This document shows, piece by piece, positions 1 through 15,000 of a stretch of 64,000 bases of DNA. The notes beneath the pieces are model-generated. The model was given only the letters and a program-made list of their open reading frames with translations. It did no database searches and was not told the origin of the DNA. The translations under genes were made by a program, and so were the position numbers. Source of the stretch: Auanema rhodensis (taxonomy: Eukaryota > Animalia > Nematoda); assembly GCA_964057225.1 (NCBI GenBank), contig OZ059899.1, forward strand, positions 16,926,001-16,990,000, in the 5' to 3' direction. Each line of letters begins with the position of its first letter. Positions within the stretch are counted from its first letter, which is position 1.

Positions 1-3000
1 TTATCTTTCACGGGAAGCGAGTTACATACCATATGCACTTCACTTCTACATTTAATTAGCATAAATTAAAGTTCACGTAAATATCAAAGTCATGGTTACC
101 ATGCACCAATATCAATAATATTATGTTTTTAGACTAATATGGACACGCGGAATTCAAATTTGAAAACAGTATCTCTTTATCTTTCACGGGAAGCGAGTTA
201 CATACCATGTGCACTTCACTTCTACATTTAAATAGCATAAATTAAAGTTCACGTGAATTTCAAAGTCATGGTTACCATGCACCAATATCAATAATATTAT
301 GTTTTTAGACTAATATGGACACGCCGAATTCAAATTTGAACACAGTATCTCTTTATCTTTCACGGGAAGCGAGTTACATACCATGTGCACTTCACTTGTA
401 CATTTAATTAGCATAAATTAAAGTTCACGTGAATTTCAAAGTCATGGTTACCATGCACCAATATCAATAATATTATGTTTTAAGACTAATATGGACACGC
501 GGAATTCAAATTTGAAAACAGTATCTCTTTATCTTTCACGGGAAGCGAGTTACATACCATGTGCACTTCACTTGTACATTTAATTAGCATAAATTAAAGT
601 TCACGTGAATTTCAAAGTCATGGTTACCATGCACCAATATCAATAATATTATGTTTTTAGACTAATATGGACACGCCGAATTCAAATTTGAAAACAGTAT
701 CTCTTTATCTTTCACGGGAAGCGAGTTACATACCATGTGCACTTCACTTCTACATTTAATTAGCATAAATTAAAGTTCACGTGAATTTCAAAGTCATGGT
801 TACCATACACCAATATCAATAATATTATGTTTTTAGACTAACATGGACACGCCGAATTCAAATTTGAAAACAGTATCTCTTTATCTTTCACGGGAAGCGA
901 GTTACATACCATGTGCACTTCACTTCTACATTTAAATAGCATAAATTAAAGTTCACGTGAATTTCAAAGTCATGGTTACCATGCACCAATATCAATAATA
1001 TTATGTTTTTAGACTAATATGGACACGCCGAATTCAAATTTGAACACAGTATCTCTTTATCTTTCACGGGAAGCGAGTTACATACCATGTGCACTTCACT
1101 TGTACATTTAATTAGCATAAATTAAAGTTCACGTGAATTTCAAAGTCATGGTTACCATGCACCAATATCAATAATATTATGTTTTAAGACTAATATGGAC
1201 ACGCGGAATTCAAATTTGAAAACAGTATCTCTTTATCTTTCACGGGAAGCGAGTTACATACCATATGCACTTCACTTCTACATTTAATTAGCATAAATTA
1301 AAGTTCACGTAAATATCAAAGTCATGGTTACCATGCACCAATATCAATAATATTATGTTTTTAGACTAATATGGACACGCGGAATTCAAATTTGAAAACA
1401 GTATCTCTTTATCTTTTACCGGAATTGAGTTACACAACATGTGCACTTCACTTGTACATTTAAGTAGCATAAATTAAAGTTCACGTGAATTTCAAAGTCA
1501 TGGTTACCATGCACCAATATCAATAATATTATGTTTTTAGACTAATATGGACACGCCGAATTCAAATTTGAACACAGTATCTCTTTATCTTTCACGGGAA
1601 GCGAGTTACATACCATGTGCACTTCACTTGTATATTTAATTATCATAAATCAAAGTTCACGTGAATTTCAAAGTCATGGTCACCATGCACCAATATCAAT
1701 AATATTATGTTTTTAGACTAATATGGACACGCCGAATTCAAATTTGAACACAGTATCTCTTTATCTTTCACGGGAAGCGAGTTACATACCATGTGCACTT
1801 CACTTGTACATTTAATTAGCATAAATTAAAGTTCACGTGAATTTCAAAGTCATGGTTACCATGCACCAATATCAATAATATTATGTTTTTAGACTAACAT
1901 GGACACGCCAAATTCAAATTTGAAAACAGTATCTCTTTATCTTTTACCGGAATTGAGTTACACAACATGTGCACTTCACTTGTACATTTAATTAGCATAA
2001 ATTAAAGTTCACGTGAATTTCAAAGTCATGGTTACCATGCACCAATATCAATAATATTATGTTTTTAGACTAATATGGACACGCCGAATTCAAATTTGAA
2101 AACAGTATCTCTTTATCTTTTACCGGAATTGAGTTACACAACATGTGCACTTCACTTGTACATTTAATTAGCATAAATTAAAGTTCACGTGAATTTCAAA
2201 GTCATGGTTACCATGCACCAATATCAATAATATTATGTTTTTAGACTAATATGGACACGCCGAATTCAAATTTGAAAACAGTATCTCTTTATCTTTCACG
2301 GGAAGCGAGTTACATACCATGTGCACTTCACTTCTACATTTAATTAGCATAAATTAAAGTTCACGTGAATTTCAAAGTCATGGTTACCATACACCAATAT
2401 CAATAATATTATGTTTTTAGACTAACATGGACACGCCAAATTCAAATTTGAAAACAGTATCTCTTTATCTTTCACGGGAAGCGAGTTACATACCATGTGC
2501 ACTTCACTTGTACATTTAATTAGCATAAATTAAAGTTCACGTGAATTTCAAAGTCATGGTTACCATGCACCAATATCAATAATATTATGTTTTTAGACTA
2601 ATATGGACACGCCGAATTCAAATTTGAAAACAGTATCTCTTTATCTTTTACCGGAATTGAGTTACACAACATGTGCACTTCACTTGTACATTTAATTAGC
2701 ATAAATTAAAGTTCACGTGAATTTAAAAGTCATGGTTACCATGCACCAATATCAATAATATTATGTTTTTAGACTAATATGGACACGCCGAATTCAAATT
2801 TGAAAACAGTATCTCTTTATCTTTCACGGGAAGCGAGTTACATACCATGTGCACTTCACTTCTACATTTAATTAGCATAAATTAAAGTTCACGTGAATTT
2901 CAAAGTCATGGTTACCATGCACCAATATCAATAATATTATGTTTTTAGACTAATATGGACACGCCGAATTCAAATTTGAAAACAGTATCTCTTTATCTTT

Positions 3001-6000
3001 TACCGGAATTGAGTTACACAACATGTGCACTTCACTTGTACATTTAATTAGCATAAATTAAAGTTCACGTGAATTTCAAAGTCATGGTTACCATGCACCA
3101 ATATCAATAAAAATTTGTTTTTAGACTAATATGGACATGGGGAATCTAATTTTGAGAACTGCATCTCTTTATCTTTCACGTGAAGCGAGTTACATACCAT
3201 GTGCACTTCACTTCTACATTTAATTAGCATAAATTAAAGTTCACGTGAATTTCAAAGTCATGGTTACCATGCACCAATATCAATAATATTATGTTTTTAG
3301 ACTAATATGGACACGGCGAATTCAAATTTGAAAACAGTATCTCTTTATCTTTTACCGGAATTGAGTTACACAACATGTGCACTTCACTTGTACATTTAAT
3401 TAGCATAAATTAAAGTTCACGTGAATTTCAAAGTCATGGTTACCATGCACCAATATCAATAATATTATGTTTTAAGACTAATATGGACACGCGGAATTCA
3501 AATTTGAAAACAGTATCTCTTTATCTTTCACGGGAAGCGAGTTACATACCATGTGCACTTCACTTGTATATTTAATTAGCATAAATTAAAGTTCACGTGA
3601 ATTTCAAAGTCATGGTTACCATACACCAATATCAATAATATTATGTTTTTAGACTAACATGGACACGCCAAATTCAAATTTGAAAACAGTATCTCTTTAT
3701 CTTTCACGGGAAGCGAGTTACATACCATGTGCACTTCACTTGTACATTTAATTAGCATAAATTAAAGTTCACGTGAATTTCAAAGTCATGGTTACCATGC
3801 ACCAATATCAATAATATTATGTTTTTAGACTAATATGGACACGCCGAATTCAAATTTGAAAACAGTATCTCTTTATCTTTTACCGGAATTGAGTTACACA
3901 ACATGTGCACTTCACTTGTACATTTAATTAGCATAAATTAAAGTTCACGTGAATTTCAAAGTCATGGTTACCATGCACCAATATCAATAATATTATGTTT
4001 TTAGACTAATATGGACACGCCGAATTCAAATTTGAAAACAGTATCTCTTTATCTTTCACGGGAAGCGAGTTACATACCATGTGCACTTCACTTCTACATT
4101 TAATTAGCATAAATTAAAGTTCACGTGAATTTCAAAGTCATGGTTACCATGCACCAATATCAATAATATTATGTTTTTAGACTAATATGGACACGCCGAA
4201 TTCAAATTTGAAAACAGTATCTCTTTATCTTTTACCGGAATTGAGTTACACAACATGTGCACTTCACTTGTACATTTAATTAGCATAAATTAAAGTTCAC
4301 GTGAATTTCAAAGTCATGGTTACCATGCACCAATATCAATAAAAATTTGTTTTTAGACTAATATGGACATGGGGAATCTAATTTTGAGAACTGCATCTCT
4401 TTATCTTTCACGTGAAGCGAGTTACATACCATGTGCACTTCACTTCTACATTTAATTAGCATAAATTAAAGTTCACGTGAATTTCAAAGTCATGGTTACC
4501 ATGCACCAATATCAATAATATTATGTTTTTAGACTAATATGGACACGCCGAATTCAAATTTGAAAACAGTATCTCTTTATCTTTCACGGGAAGCGAGTTA
4601 CATACCATGTGCACTTCACTTCTACATTTAATTAGCATAAATTAAAGTTCACGTGAATTTCAAAGTCATGGTTACCATGCACCAATATCAATAATATTAT
4701 GTTTTTAGACTAACATGGACACGCCGAATTCAAATTTGAAAACAGTATCTCTTTATCTTTTACCGGAATTGAGTTACACAACATGTGCACTTCACTTGTA
4801 CATTTAATTAGCATAAATTAAAGTTCACGTGAATTTCAAAGTCATGGTTACCATGCACCAATATCAATAATATTATGTTTTTAGACTAATATGGACACGC
4901 GGAATTCAAATTTGAAAACAGTATCTCTTTATCTTTCACGTGAAGCGAGTTACATACCATGTGCACTTCACTTCTACATTTAATTAGCATAAATTAAAGT
5001 TCACGTGAATTTCAAAGTCATGGTTACCATGCACCAATATCAATAATATTATGTTTTTAGACTAATATGGACACGGCGAATTCAAATTTGAAAACAGTAT
5101 CTCTTTATCTTTTACCGGAATTGAGTTACACAACATGTGCACTTCACTTGTACATTTAATTAGCATAAATTAAAGTTCACGTGAATTTCAAAGTCATGGT
5201 TACCATGCACCAATATCAATAATATTATGTTTTAAGACTAATATGGACACGCGGAATTCAAATTTGAAAACAGTATCTCTTTATCTTTCACGGGAAGCGA
5301 GTTACATACCATGTGCACTTCACTTGTATATTTAATTAGCATAAATTAAAGTTCACGTGAATTTCAAAGTCATGGTTACCATACACCAATATCAATAATA
5401 TTATGTTTTTAGACTAACATGGACACGCCAAATTCAAATTTGAAAACAGTATCTCTTTATCTTTCACGGGAAGCGAGTTACATACCATGTGCACTTCACT
5501 TGTACATTTAATTAGCATAAATTAAAGTTCACGTGAATTTCAAAGTCATGGTTACCATGCACCAATATCAATAATATTATGTTTTTAGACTAATATGGAC
5601 ACGCCGAATTCAAATTTGAAAACAGTATCTCTTTATCTTTTACCGGAATTGAGTTACACAACATGTGCACTTCACTTGTACATTTAATTAGCATAAATTA
5701 AAGTTCACGTGAATTTCAAAGTCATGGTTACCATGCACCAATATCAATAATATTATGTTTTTAGACTAATATGGACACGCCGAATTCAAATTTGAAAACA
5801 GTATCTCTTTATCTTTCACGGGAAGCGAGTTACATACCATGTGCACTTCACTTCTACATTTAATTAGCATAAATTAAAGTTCACGTGAATTTCAAAGTCA
5901 TGGTTACCATGCACCAATATCAATAATATTATGTTTTTAGACTAATATGGACACGCCGAATTCAAATTTGAAAACAGTATCTCTTTATCTTTTACCGGAA

Positions 6001-9000
6001 TTGAGTTACACAACATGTGCACTTCACTTGTACATTTAATTAGCATAAATTAAAGTTCACGTGAATTTCAAAGTCATGGTTACCATGCACCAATATCAAT
6101 AAAAATTTGTTTTTAGACTAATATGGACATGGGGAATCTAATTTTGAGAACTGCATCTCTTTATCTTTCACGTGAAGCGAGTTACATACCATGTGCACTT
6201 CACTTCTACATTTAATTAGCATAAATTAAAGTTCACGTGAATTTCAAAGTCATGGTTACCATGCACCAATATCAATAATATTATGTTTTTAGACTAATAT
6301 GGACACGCCGAATTCAAATTTGAAAACAGTATCTCTTTATCTTTTACCGGAATTGAGTTACACAACATGTGCACTTCACTTGTACATTTAATTAGCATAA
6401 ATTAAAGTTCACGTGAATTTCAAAGTCATGGTTACCATGCACCAATATCAATAATATTATGTTTTTAGACTAATATGGACACGCCGAATTCAAATTTGAA
6501 AACAGTATCTCTTTATCTTTCACGGGAAGCGAGTTACATACCATGTGCACTTCACTTCTACATTTAATTAGCATAAATTAAAGTTCACGTGAATTTCAAA
6601 GTCATGGTTACCATGCACCAATATCAATAATATTATGTTTTTAGACTAATATGGACACGCCGAATTCAAATTTGAAAACAGTATCTCTTTATCTTTTACC
6701 GGAATTGAGTTACACAACATGTGCACTTCACTTGTACATTTAATTAGCATAAATTAAAGTTCACGTGAATTTCAAAGTCATGGTTACCATGCACCAATAT
6801 CAATAAAAATTTGTTTTTAGACTAATATGGACATGGGGAATCTAATTTTGAGAACTGCATCTCTTTATCTTTCACGTGAAGCGAGTTACATACCATGTGC
6901 ACTTCACTTCTACATTTAATTAGCATAAATTAAAGTTCACGTGAATTTCAAAGTCATGGTTACCATGCACCAATATCAATAATATTATGTTTTTAGACTA
7001 ATATGGACACGCCGAATTCAAATTTGAAAACAGTATCTCTTTATCTTTTACCGGAATTGAGTTACACAACATGTGCACTTCACTTGTACATTTAATTAGC
7101 ATAAATTAAAGTTCACGTGAATTTCAAAGTCATGGTTACCATGCACCAATATCAATAATATTATGTTTTAAGACTAATATGGACACGCGGAATTCAAATT
7201 TGAAAACAGTATCTCTTTATCTTTCACGGGAAGCGAGTTACATACCATGTGCACTTCACTTGTACATTTAATTAGCATAAATTAAAGTTCACGTGAATTT
7301 CAAAGTCATGGTTACCATGCACCAATATCAATAATATTATGTTTTTAGACTAATATGGACATGGGGAATCTAATTTTGAGAACTGCATCTCTTTATCTTT
7401 CACGTGAAGCGAGTTACATACCATGTGCACTTCACTTCTACATTTAATTAGCATAAATTAAAGTTCACGTGAATTTCAAAGTCATGGTTACCATGCACCA
7501 ATATCAATAATATTATGTTTTTAGACTAACATGGACACGCCGAATTCAAATTTGAAAACAGTATCTCTTTATCTTTTACCGGAATTGAGTTACACAACAT
7601 GTGCACTTCACTTGTACATTTAATTAGCATAAATTAAAGTTCACGTGAATTTCAAAGTCATGGTTACCATGCACCAATATCAATAATATTATGTTTTTAG
7701 ACTAATATGGACACGCGGAATTCAAATTTGAAAACAGTATCTCTTTATCTTTCACGGGAAGCGAGTTACATACCATGTGCACTTCACTTGTACATTTAAT
7801 TAGCATAAATTAAAGTTCACGTGAATTTCAAAGTCATGGTTACCATGCACCAATATCAATAATATTATGTTTTTAGACTAATAGGGACACGCCGAATTCA
7901 AATTTGAAAACAGTATCTCTTTATCTTTCACGGGAAGCGAGTTACATACCATATGCACTTCACTTCTACATTTAATTAGCATAAATTAAAGTTCACGTGA
8001 ATTTCAAAGTCATGGTTACCATACACCAATATCAATAATATTATGTTTTTAGACTAACATGGACACGCCGAATTCAAATTTGAAAACAGTATCTCTTTAT
8101 CTTTCACGGGAAGCGAGTTACATACCATGTGCACTTCACTTCTACATTTAAATAGCATAAATTAAAGTTCACGTGAATTTCAAAGTCATGGTTACCATGC
8201 ACCAATATCAATAATATTATGTTTTTAGACTAATATGGACACGCCGAATTCAAATTTGAACACAGTATCTCTTTATCTTTCACGGGAAGCGAGTTACATA
8301 CCATGTGCACTTCACTTGTACATTTAATTAGCATAAATTAAAGTTCACGTGAATTTCAAAGTCATGGTTACCATGCACCAATATCAATAATATTATGTTT
8401 TTAGACTAATATGGACACGCCGAATTCAAATTTGAAAACAGTATCTCTTTATCTTTTACCGGAATTGAGTTACACAACATGTGCACTTCACTTGTACATT
8501 TAATTAGCATAAATTAAAGTTCACGTGAATTTAAAAGTCATGGTTACCATGCACCAATATCAATAATATTATGTTTTTAGACTAATATGGACACGCCGAA
8601 TTCAAATTTGAAAACAGTATCTCTTTATCTTTCACGGGAAGCGAGTTACATACCATGTGCACTTCACTTCTACATTTAATTAGCATAAATTAAAGTTCAC
8701 GTGAATTTCAAAGTCATGGTTACCATGCACCAATATCAATAATATTATGTTTTTAGACTAATATGGACACGCCGAATTCAAATTTGAAAACAGTATCTCT
8801 TTATCTTTTACCGGAATTGAGTTACACAACATGTGCACTTCACTTGTACATTTAATTAGCATAAATTAAAGTTCACGTGAATTTCAAAGTCATGGTTACC
8901 ATGCACCAATATCAATAAAAATTTGTTTTTAGACTAATATGGACATGGGGAATCTAATTTTGAGAACTGCATCTCTTTATCTTTCACGTGAAGCGAGTTA

Positions 9001-12000
9001 CATACCATGTGCACTTCACTTCTACATTTAATTAGCATAAATTAAAGTTCACGTGAATTTCAAAGTCATGGTTACCATGCACCAATATCAATAATATTAT
9101 GTTTTTAGACTAATATGGACACGCCGAATTCAATTTTGAAAACAGTATCTCTTTATCTTTTACCGGAATTGAGTTACACAACATGTGCACTTCACTTGTA
9201 CATTTAATTAGCATAAATTAAAGTTCACGTGAATTTCAAAGTCATGGTTACCATGCACCAATATCAATAATATTATGTTTTAAGACTAATATGGACACGC
9301 GGAATTCAAATTTGAAAACAGTATCTCTTTATCTTTCACGGGAAGCGAGTTACATACCATGTGCACTTCACTTCTACATTTAATTAGCATAAATTAAAGT
9401 TCACGTGAATTTCAAAGTCATGGTTACCATACACCAATATCAATAATATTATGTTTTTAGACTAACATGGACACGCCGAATTCAAATTTGAAAACAGTAT
9501 CTCTTTATCTTTTACCGGAATTGAGTTACACAACATGTGCACTTCACTTGTACATTTAATTAGCATAAATTAAAGTTCACGTGAATTTAAAAGTCATGGT
9601 TACCATGCACCAATATCAATAATATTATGTTTTTAGACTAATATGGACACGCCGAATTCAAATTTGAAAACAGTATCTCTTTATCTTTCACGGGAAGCGA
9701 GTTACATACCATGTGCACTTCACTTCTACATTTAATTAGCATAAATTAAAGTTCACGTGAATTTCAAAGTCATGGTTACCATGCACCAATATCAATAATA
9801 TTATGTTTTTAGACTAATATGGACACGCCGAATTCAAATTTGAAAACAGTATCTCTTTATCTTTTACCGGAATTGAGTTACACAACATGTGCACTTCACT
9901 TGTACATTTAATTAGCATAAATTAAAGTTCACGTGAATTTCAAAGTCATGGTTACCATGCACCAATATCAATAAAAATTTGTTTTTAGACTAATATGGAC
10001 ATGGGGAATCTAATTTTGAGAACTGCATCTCTTTATCTTTCACGTGAAGCGAGTTACATACCATGTGCACTTCACTTCTACATTTAATTAGCATAAATTA
10101 AAGTTCACGTGAATTTCAAAGTCATGGTTACCATGCACCAATATCAATAATATTATGTTTTTAGACTAATATGGACACGCCGAATTCAATTTTGAAAACA
10201 GTATCTCTTTATCTTTTACCGGAATTGAGTTACACAACATGTGCACTTCACTTGTACATTTAATTAGCATAAATTAAAGTTCACGTGAATTTCAAAGTCA
10301 TGGTTACCATGCACCAATATCAATAATATTATGTTTTAAGACTAATATGGACACGCGGAATTCAAATTTGAAAACAGTATCTCTTTATCTTTCACGGGAA
10401 GCGAGTTACATACCATGTGCACTTCACTTCTACATTTAATTAGCATAAATTAAAGTTCACGTGAATTTCAAAGTCATGGTTACCATACACCAATATCAAT
10501 AATATTATGTTTTTAGACTAACATGGACACGCCGAATTCAAATTTGAAAACAGTATCTCTTTATCTTTCACGGGAAGCGAGTTACATACCATGTGCACTT
10601 CACTTCTACATTTAAATAGCATAAATTAAAGTTCACGTGAATTTCAAAGTCATGGTTACCATGCACCAATATCAATAATATTATGTTTTTAGACTAATAT
10701 GGACACGCCGAATTCAAATTTGAACACAGTATCTCTTTATCTTTCACGGGAAGCGAGTTACATACCATGTGCACTTCACTTGTACATTTAATTAGCATAA
10801 ATTAAAGTTCACGTGAATTTCAAAGTCATGGTTACCATGCACCAATATCAATAATATTATGTTTTAAGACTAATATGGACACGCGGAATTCAAATTTGAA
10901 AACAGTATCTCTTTATCTTTTACCGGAATTGAGTTACACAACATGTGCACTTCACTTGTACATTTAATTAGCATAAATTAAAGTTCACGTGAATTTCAAA
11001 GTCATGGTTACCATGCACCAATATCAATAATATTATGTTTTTAGACTAATATGGACACGCCGAATTCAAATTTGAACACAGTATCTCTTTATCTTTCACG
11101 GGAAGCGAGTTACATACCATGTGCACTTCACTTGTATATTTAATTATCATAAATCAAAGTTCACGTGAATTTCAAAGTCATGGTCACCATGCACCAATAT
11201 CAATAATATTATGTTTTTAGACTAATATGGACACGCCGAATTCAAATTTGAACACAGTATCTCTTTATCTTTCACGGGAAGCGAGTTACATACCATGTGC
11301 ACTTCACTTGTACATTTAATTAGCATAAATTAAAGTTCACGTGAATTTCAAAGTCATGGTTACCATGCACCAATATCAATAATATTATGTTTTTAGACTA
11401 ACATGGACACGCCAAATTCAAATTTGAAAACAGTATCTCTTTATCTTTCACGGGAAGCGAGTTACATACCATGTGCACTTCACTTGTATATTTAATTAGC
11501 ATAAATTAAAGTTCACGTGAATTTCAAAGTCATGGTTACCATACACCAATATCAATAATATTATGTTTTTAGACTAACATGGACACGCCAAATTCAAATT
11601 TGAAAACAGTATCTCTTTATCTTTCACGGGAAGCGAGTTACATACCATGTGCACTTCACTTGTACATTTAATTAGCATAAATTAAAGTTCACGTGAATTT
11701 CAAAGTCATGGTTACCATGCACCAATATCAATAATATTATGTTTTTAGACTAATATGGACACGCCGAATTCAAATTTGAAAACAGTATCTCTTTATCTTT
11801 TACCGGAATTGAGTTACACAACATGTGCACTTCACTTGTACATTTAATTAGCATAAATTAAAGTTCACGTGAATTTCAAAGTCATGGTTACCATGCACCA
11901 ATATCAATAATATTATGTTTTTAGACTAATATGGACACGCCGAATTCAAATTTGAAAACAGTATCTCTTTATCTTTCACGGGAAGCGAGTTACATACCAT

Positions 12001-15000
12001 GTGCACTTCACTTCTACATTTAATTAGCATAAATTAAAGTTCACGTGAATTTCAAAGTCATGGTTACCATGCACCAATATCAATAATATTATGTTTTTAG
12101 ACTAATATGGACACGCCGAATTCAAATTTGAAAACAGTATCTCTTTATCTTTTACCGGAATTGAGTTACACAACATGTGCACTTCACTTGTACATTTAAT
12201 TAGCATAAATTAAAGTTCACGTGAATTTCAAAGTCATGGTTACCATGCACCAATATCAATAAAAATTTGTTTTTAGACTAATATGGACATGGGGAATCTA
12301 ATTTTGAGAACTGCATCTCTTTATCTTTCACGTGAAGCGAGTTACATACCATGTGCACTTCACTTCTACATTTAATTAGCATAAATTAAAGTTCACGTGA
12401 ATTTCAAAGTCATGGTTACCATGCACCAATATCAATAATATTATGTTTTTAGACTAATATGGACACGCCGAATTCAAATTTGAAAACAGTATCTCTTTAT
12501 CTTTCACGGGAAGCGAGTTACATACCATGTGCACTTCACTTCTACATTTAATTAGCATAAATTAAAGTTCACGTGAATTTCAAAGTCATGGTTACCATGC
12601 ACCAATATCAATAATATTATGTTTTTAGACTAACATGGACACGCCGAATTCAAATTTGAAAACAGTATCTCTTTATCTTTTACCGGAATTGAGTTACACA
12701 ACATGTGCACTTCACTTGTACATTTAATTAGCATAAATTAAAGTTCACGTGAATTTCAAAGTCATGGTTACCATGCACCAATATCAATAATATTATGTTT
12801 TTAGACTAATATGGACACGCGGAATTCAAATTTGAAAACAGTATCTCTTTATCTTTCACGGGAAGCGAGTTACATACCATATGCACTTCACTTCTACATT
12901 TAATTAGCATAAATTAAAGTTCACGTAAATATCAAAGTCATGGTTACCATGCACCAATATCAATAATATTATGTTTTAAGACTAATATGGACACGCGGAA
13001 TTCAAATTTGAAAACAGTATCTCTTTATCTTTCACGGGAAGCGAGTTACATACCATGTGCACTTCACTTCTACATTTAATTAGCATAAATTAAAGTTCAC
13101 GTGAATTTCAAAGTCATGGTTACCATACACCAATATCAATAATATTATGTTTTTAGACTAACATGGACACGCCGAATTCAAATTTGAAAACAGTATCTCT
13201 TTATCTTTCACGGGAAGCGAGTTACATACCATGTGCACTTCACTTCTACATTTAAATAGCATAAATTAAAGTTCACGTGAATTTCAAAGTCATGGTTACC
13301 ATGCACCAATATCAATAATATTATGTTTTTAGACTAATATGGACACGCCGAATTCAAATTTGAACACAGTATCTCTTTATCTTTCACGGGAAGCGAGTTA
13401 CATACCATGTGCACTTCACTTGTACATTTAATTAGCATAAATTAAAGTTCACGTGAATTTCAAAGTCATGGTTACCATGCACCAATATCAATAATATTAT
13501 GTTTTAAGACTAATATGGACACGCGGAATTCAAATTTGAAAACAGTATCTCTTTATCTTTCACGGGAAGCGAGTTACATACCATATGCACTTCACTTCTA
13601 CATTTAATTAGCATAAATTAAAGTTCACGTAAATATCAAAGTCATGGTTACCATGCACCAACATCAATAATATTATGTTTTTAGACTAATATGGACACGC
13701 GGAATTCAAATTTGAAAACAGTATCTCTTTATCTTTTACCGGAATTGAGTTACACAACATGTGCACTTCACTTGTACATTTAATTAGCATAAATTAAAGT
13801 TCACGTGAATTTCAAAGTCATGGTTACCATGCACCAATATCAATAATATTATGTTTTTAGACTAATATGGACACGCCGAATTCAAATTTGAACACAGTAT
13901 CTCTTTATCTTTCACGGGAAGCGAGTTACATACCATGTGCACTTCACTTGTATATTTAATTATCATAAATCAAAGTTCACGTGAATTTCAAAGTCATGGT
14001 CACCATGCACCAATATCAATAATATTATGTTTTTAGACTAATATGGACACGCCGAATTCAAATTTGAACACAGTATCTCTTTATCTTTCACGGGAAGCGA
14101 GTTACATACCATGTGCACTTCACTTGTACATTTAATTAGCATAAATTAAAGTTCACGTGAATTTCAAAGTCATGGTTACCATGCACCAATATCAATAATA
14201 TTATGTTTTTAGACTAACATGGACACGCCAAATTCAAATTTGAAAACAGTATCTCTTTATCTTTCACGGGAAGCGAGTTACATACCATGTGCACTTCACT
14301 TGTACATTTAATTAGCATAAATTAAAGTTCACGTGAATTTCAAAGTCATGGTTACCATGCACCAATATCAATAATATTATGTTTTTAGACTAATATGGAC
14401 ACGCCGGATTCAAATTTGAAAACAGTATCTCTTTATCTTTCACGGGAAGCGAGTTACATACCATGTGCACTTCACTTGTATATTTAATTAGCATAAATTA
14501 AAGTTCACGTGAATTTCAAAGTCATGGTTACCATACACCAATATCAATAATATTATGTTTTTAGACTAACATGGACACGCCAAATTCAAATTTGAAAACA
14601 GTATCTCTTTATCTTTCACGGGAAGCGAGTTACATACCATGTGCACTTCACTTGTACATTTAATTAGCATAAATTAAAGTTCACGTGAATTTCAAAGTCA
14701 TGGTTACCATGCACCAATATCAATAATATTATGTTTTTAGACTAATATGGACACGCCGAATTCAAATTTGAAAACAGTATCTCTTTATCTTTTACCGGAA
14801 TTGAGTTACACAACATGTGCACTTCACTTGTACATTTAATTAGCATAAATTAAAGTTCACGTGAATTTCAAAGTCATGGTTACCATGCACCAATATCAAT
14901 AATATTATGTTTTTAGACTAATATGGACACGCCGAATTCAAATTTGAAAACAGTATCTCTTTATCTTTCACGGGAAGCGAGTTACATACCATGTGCACTT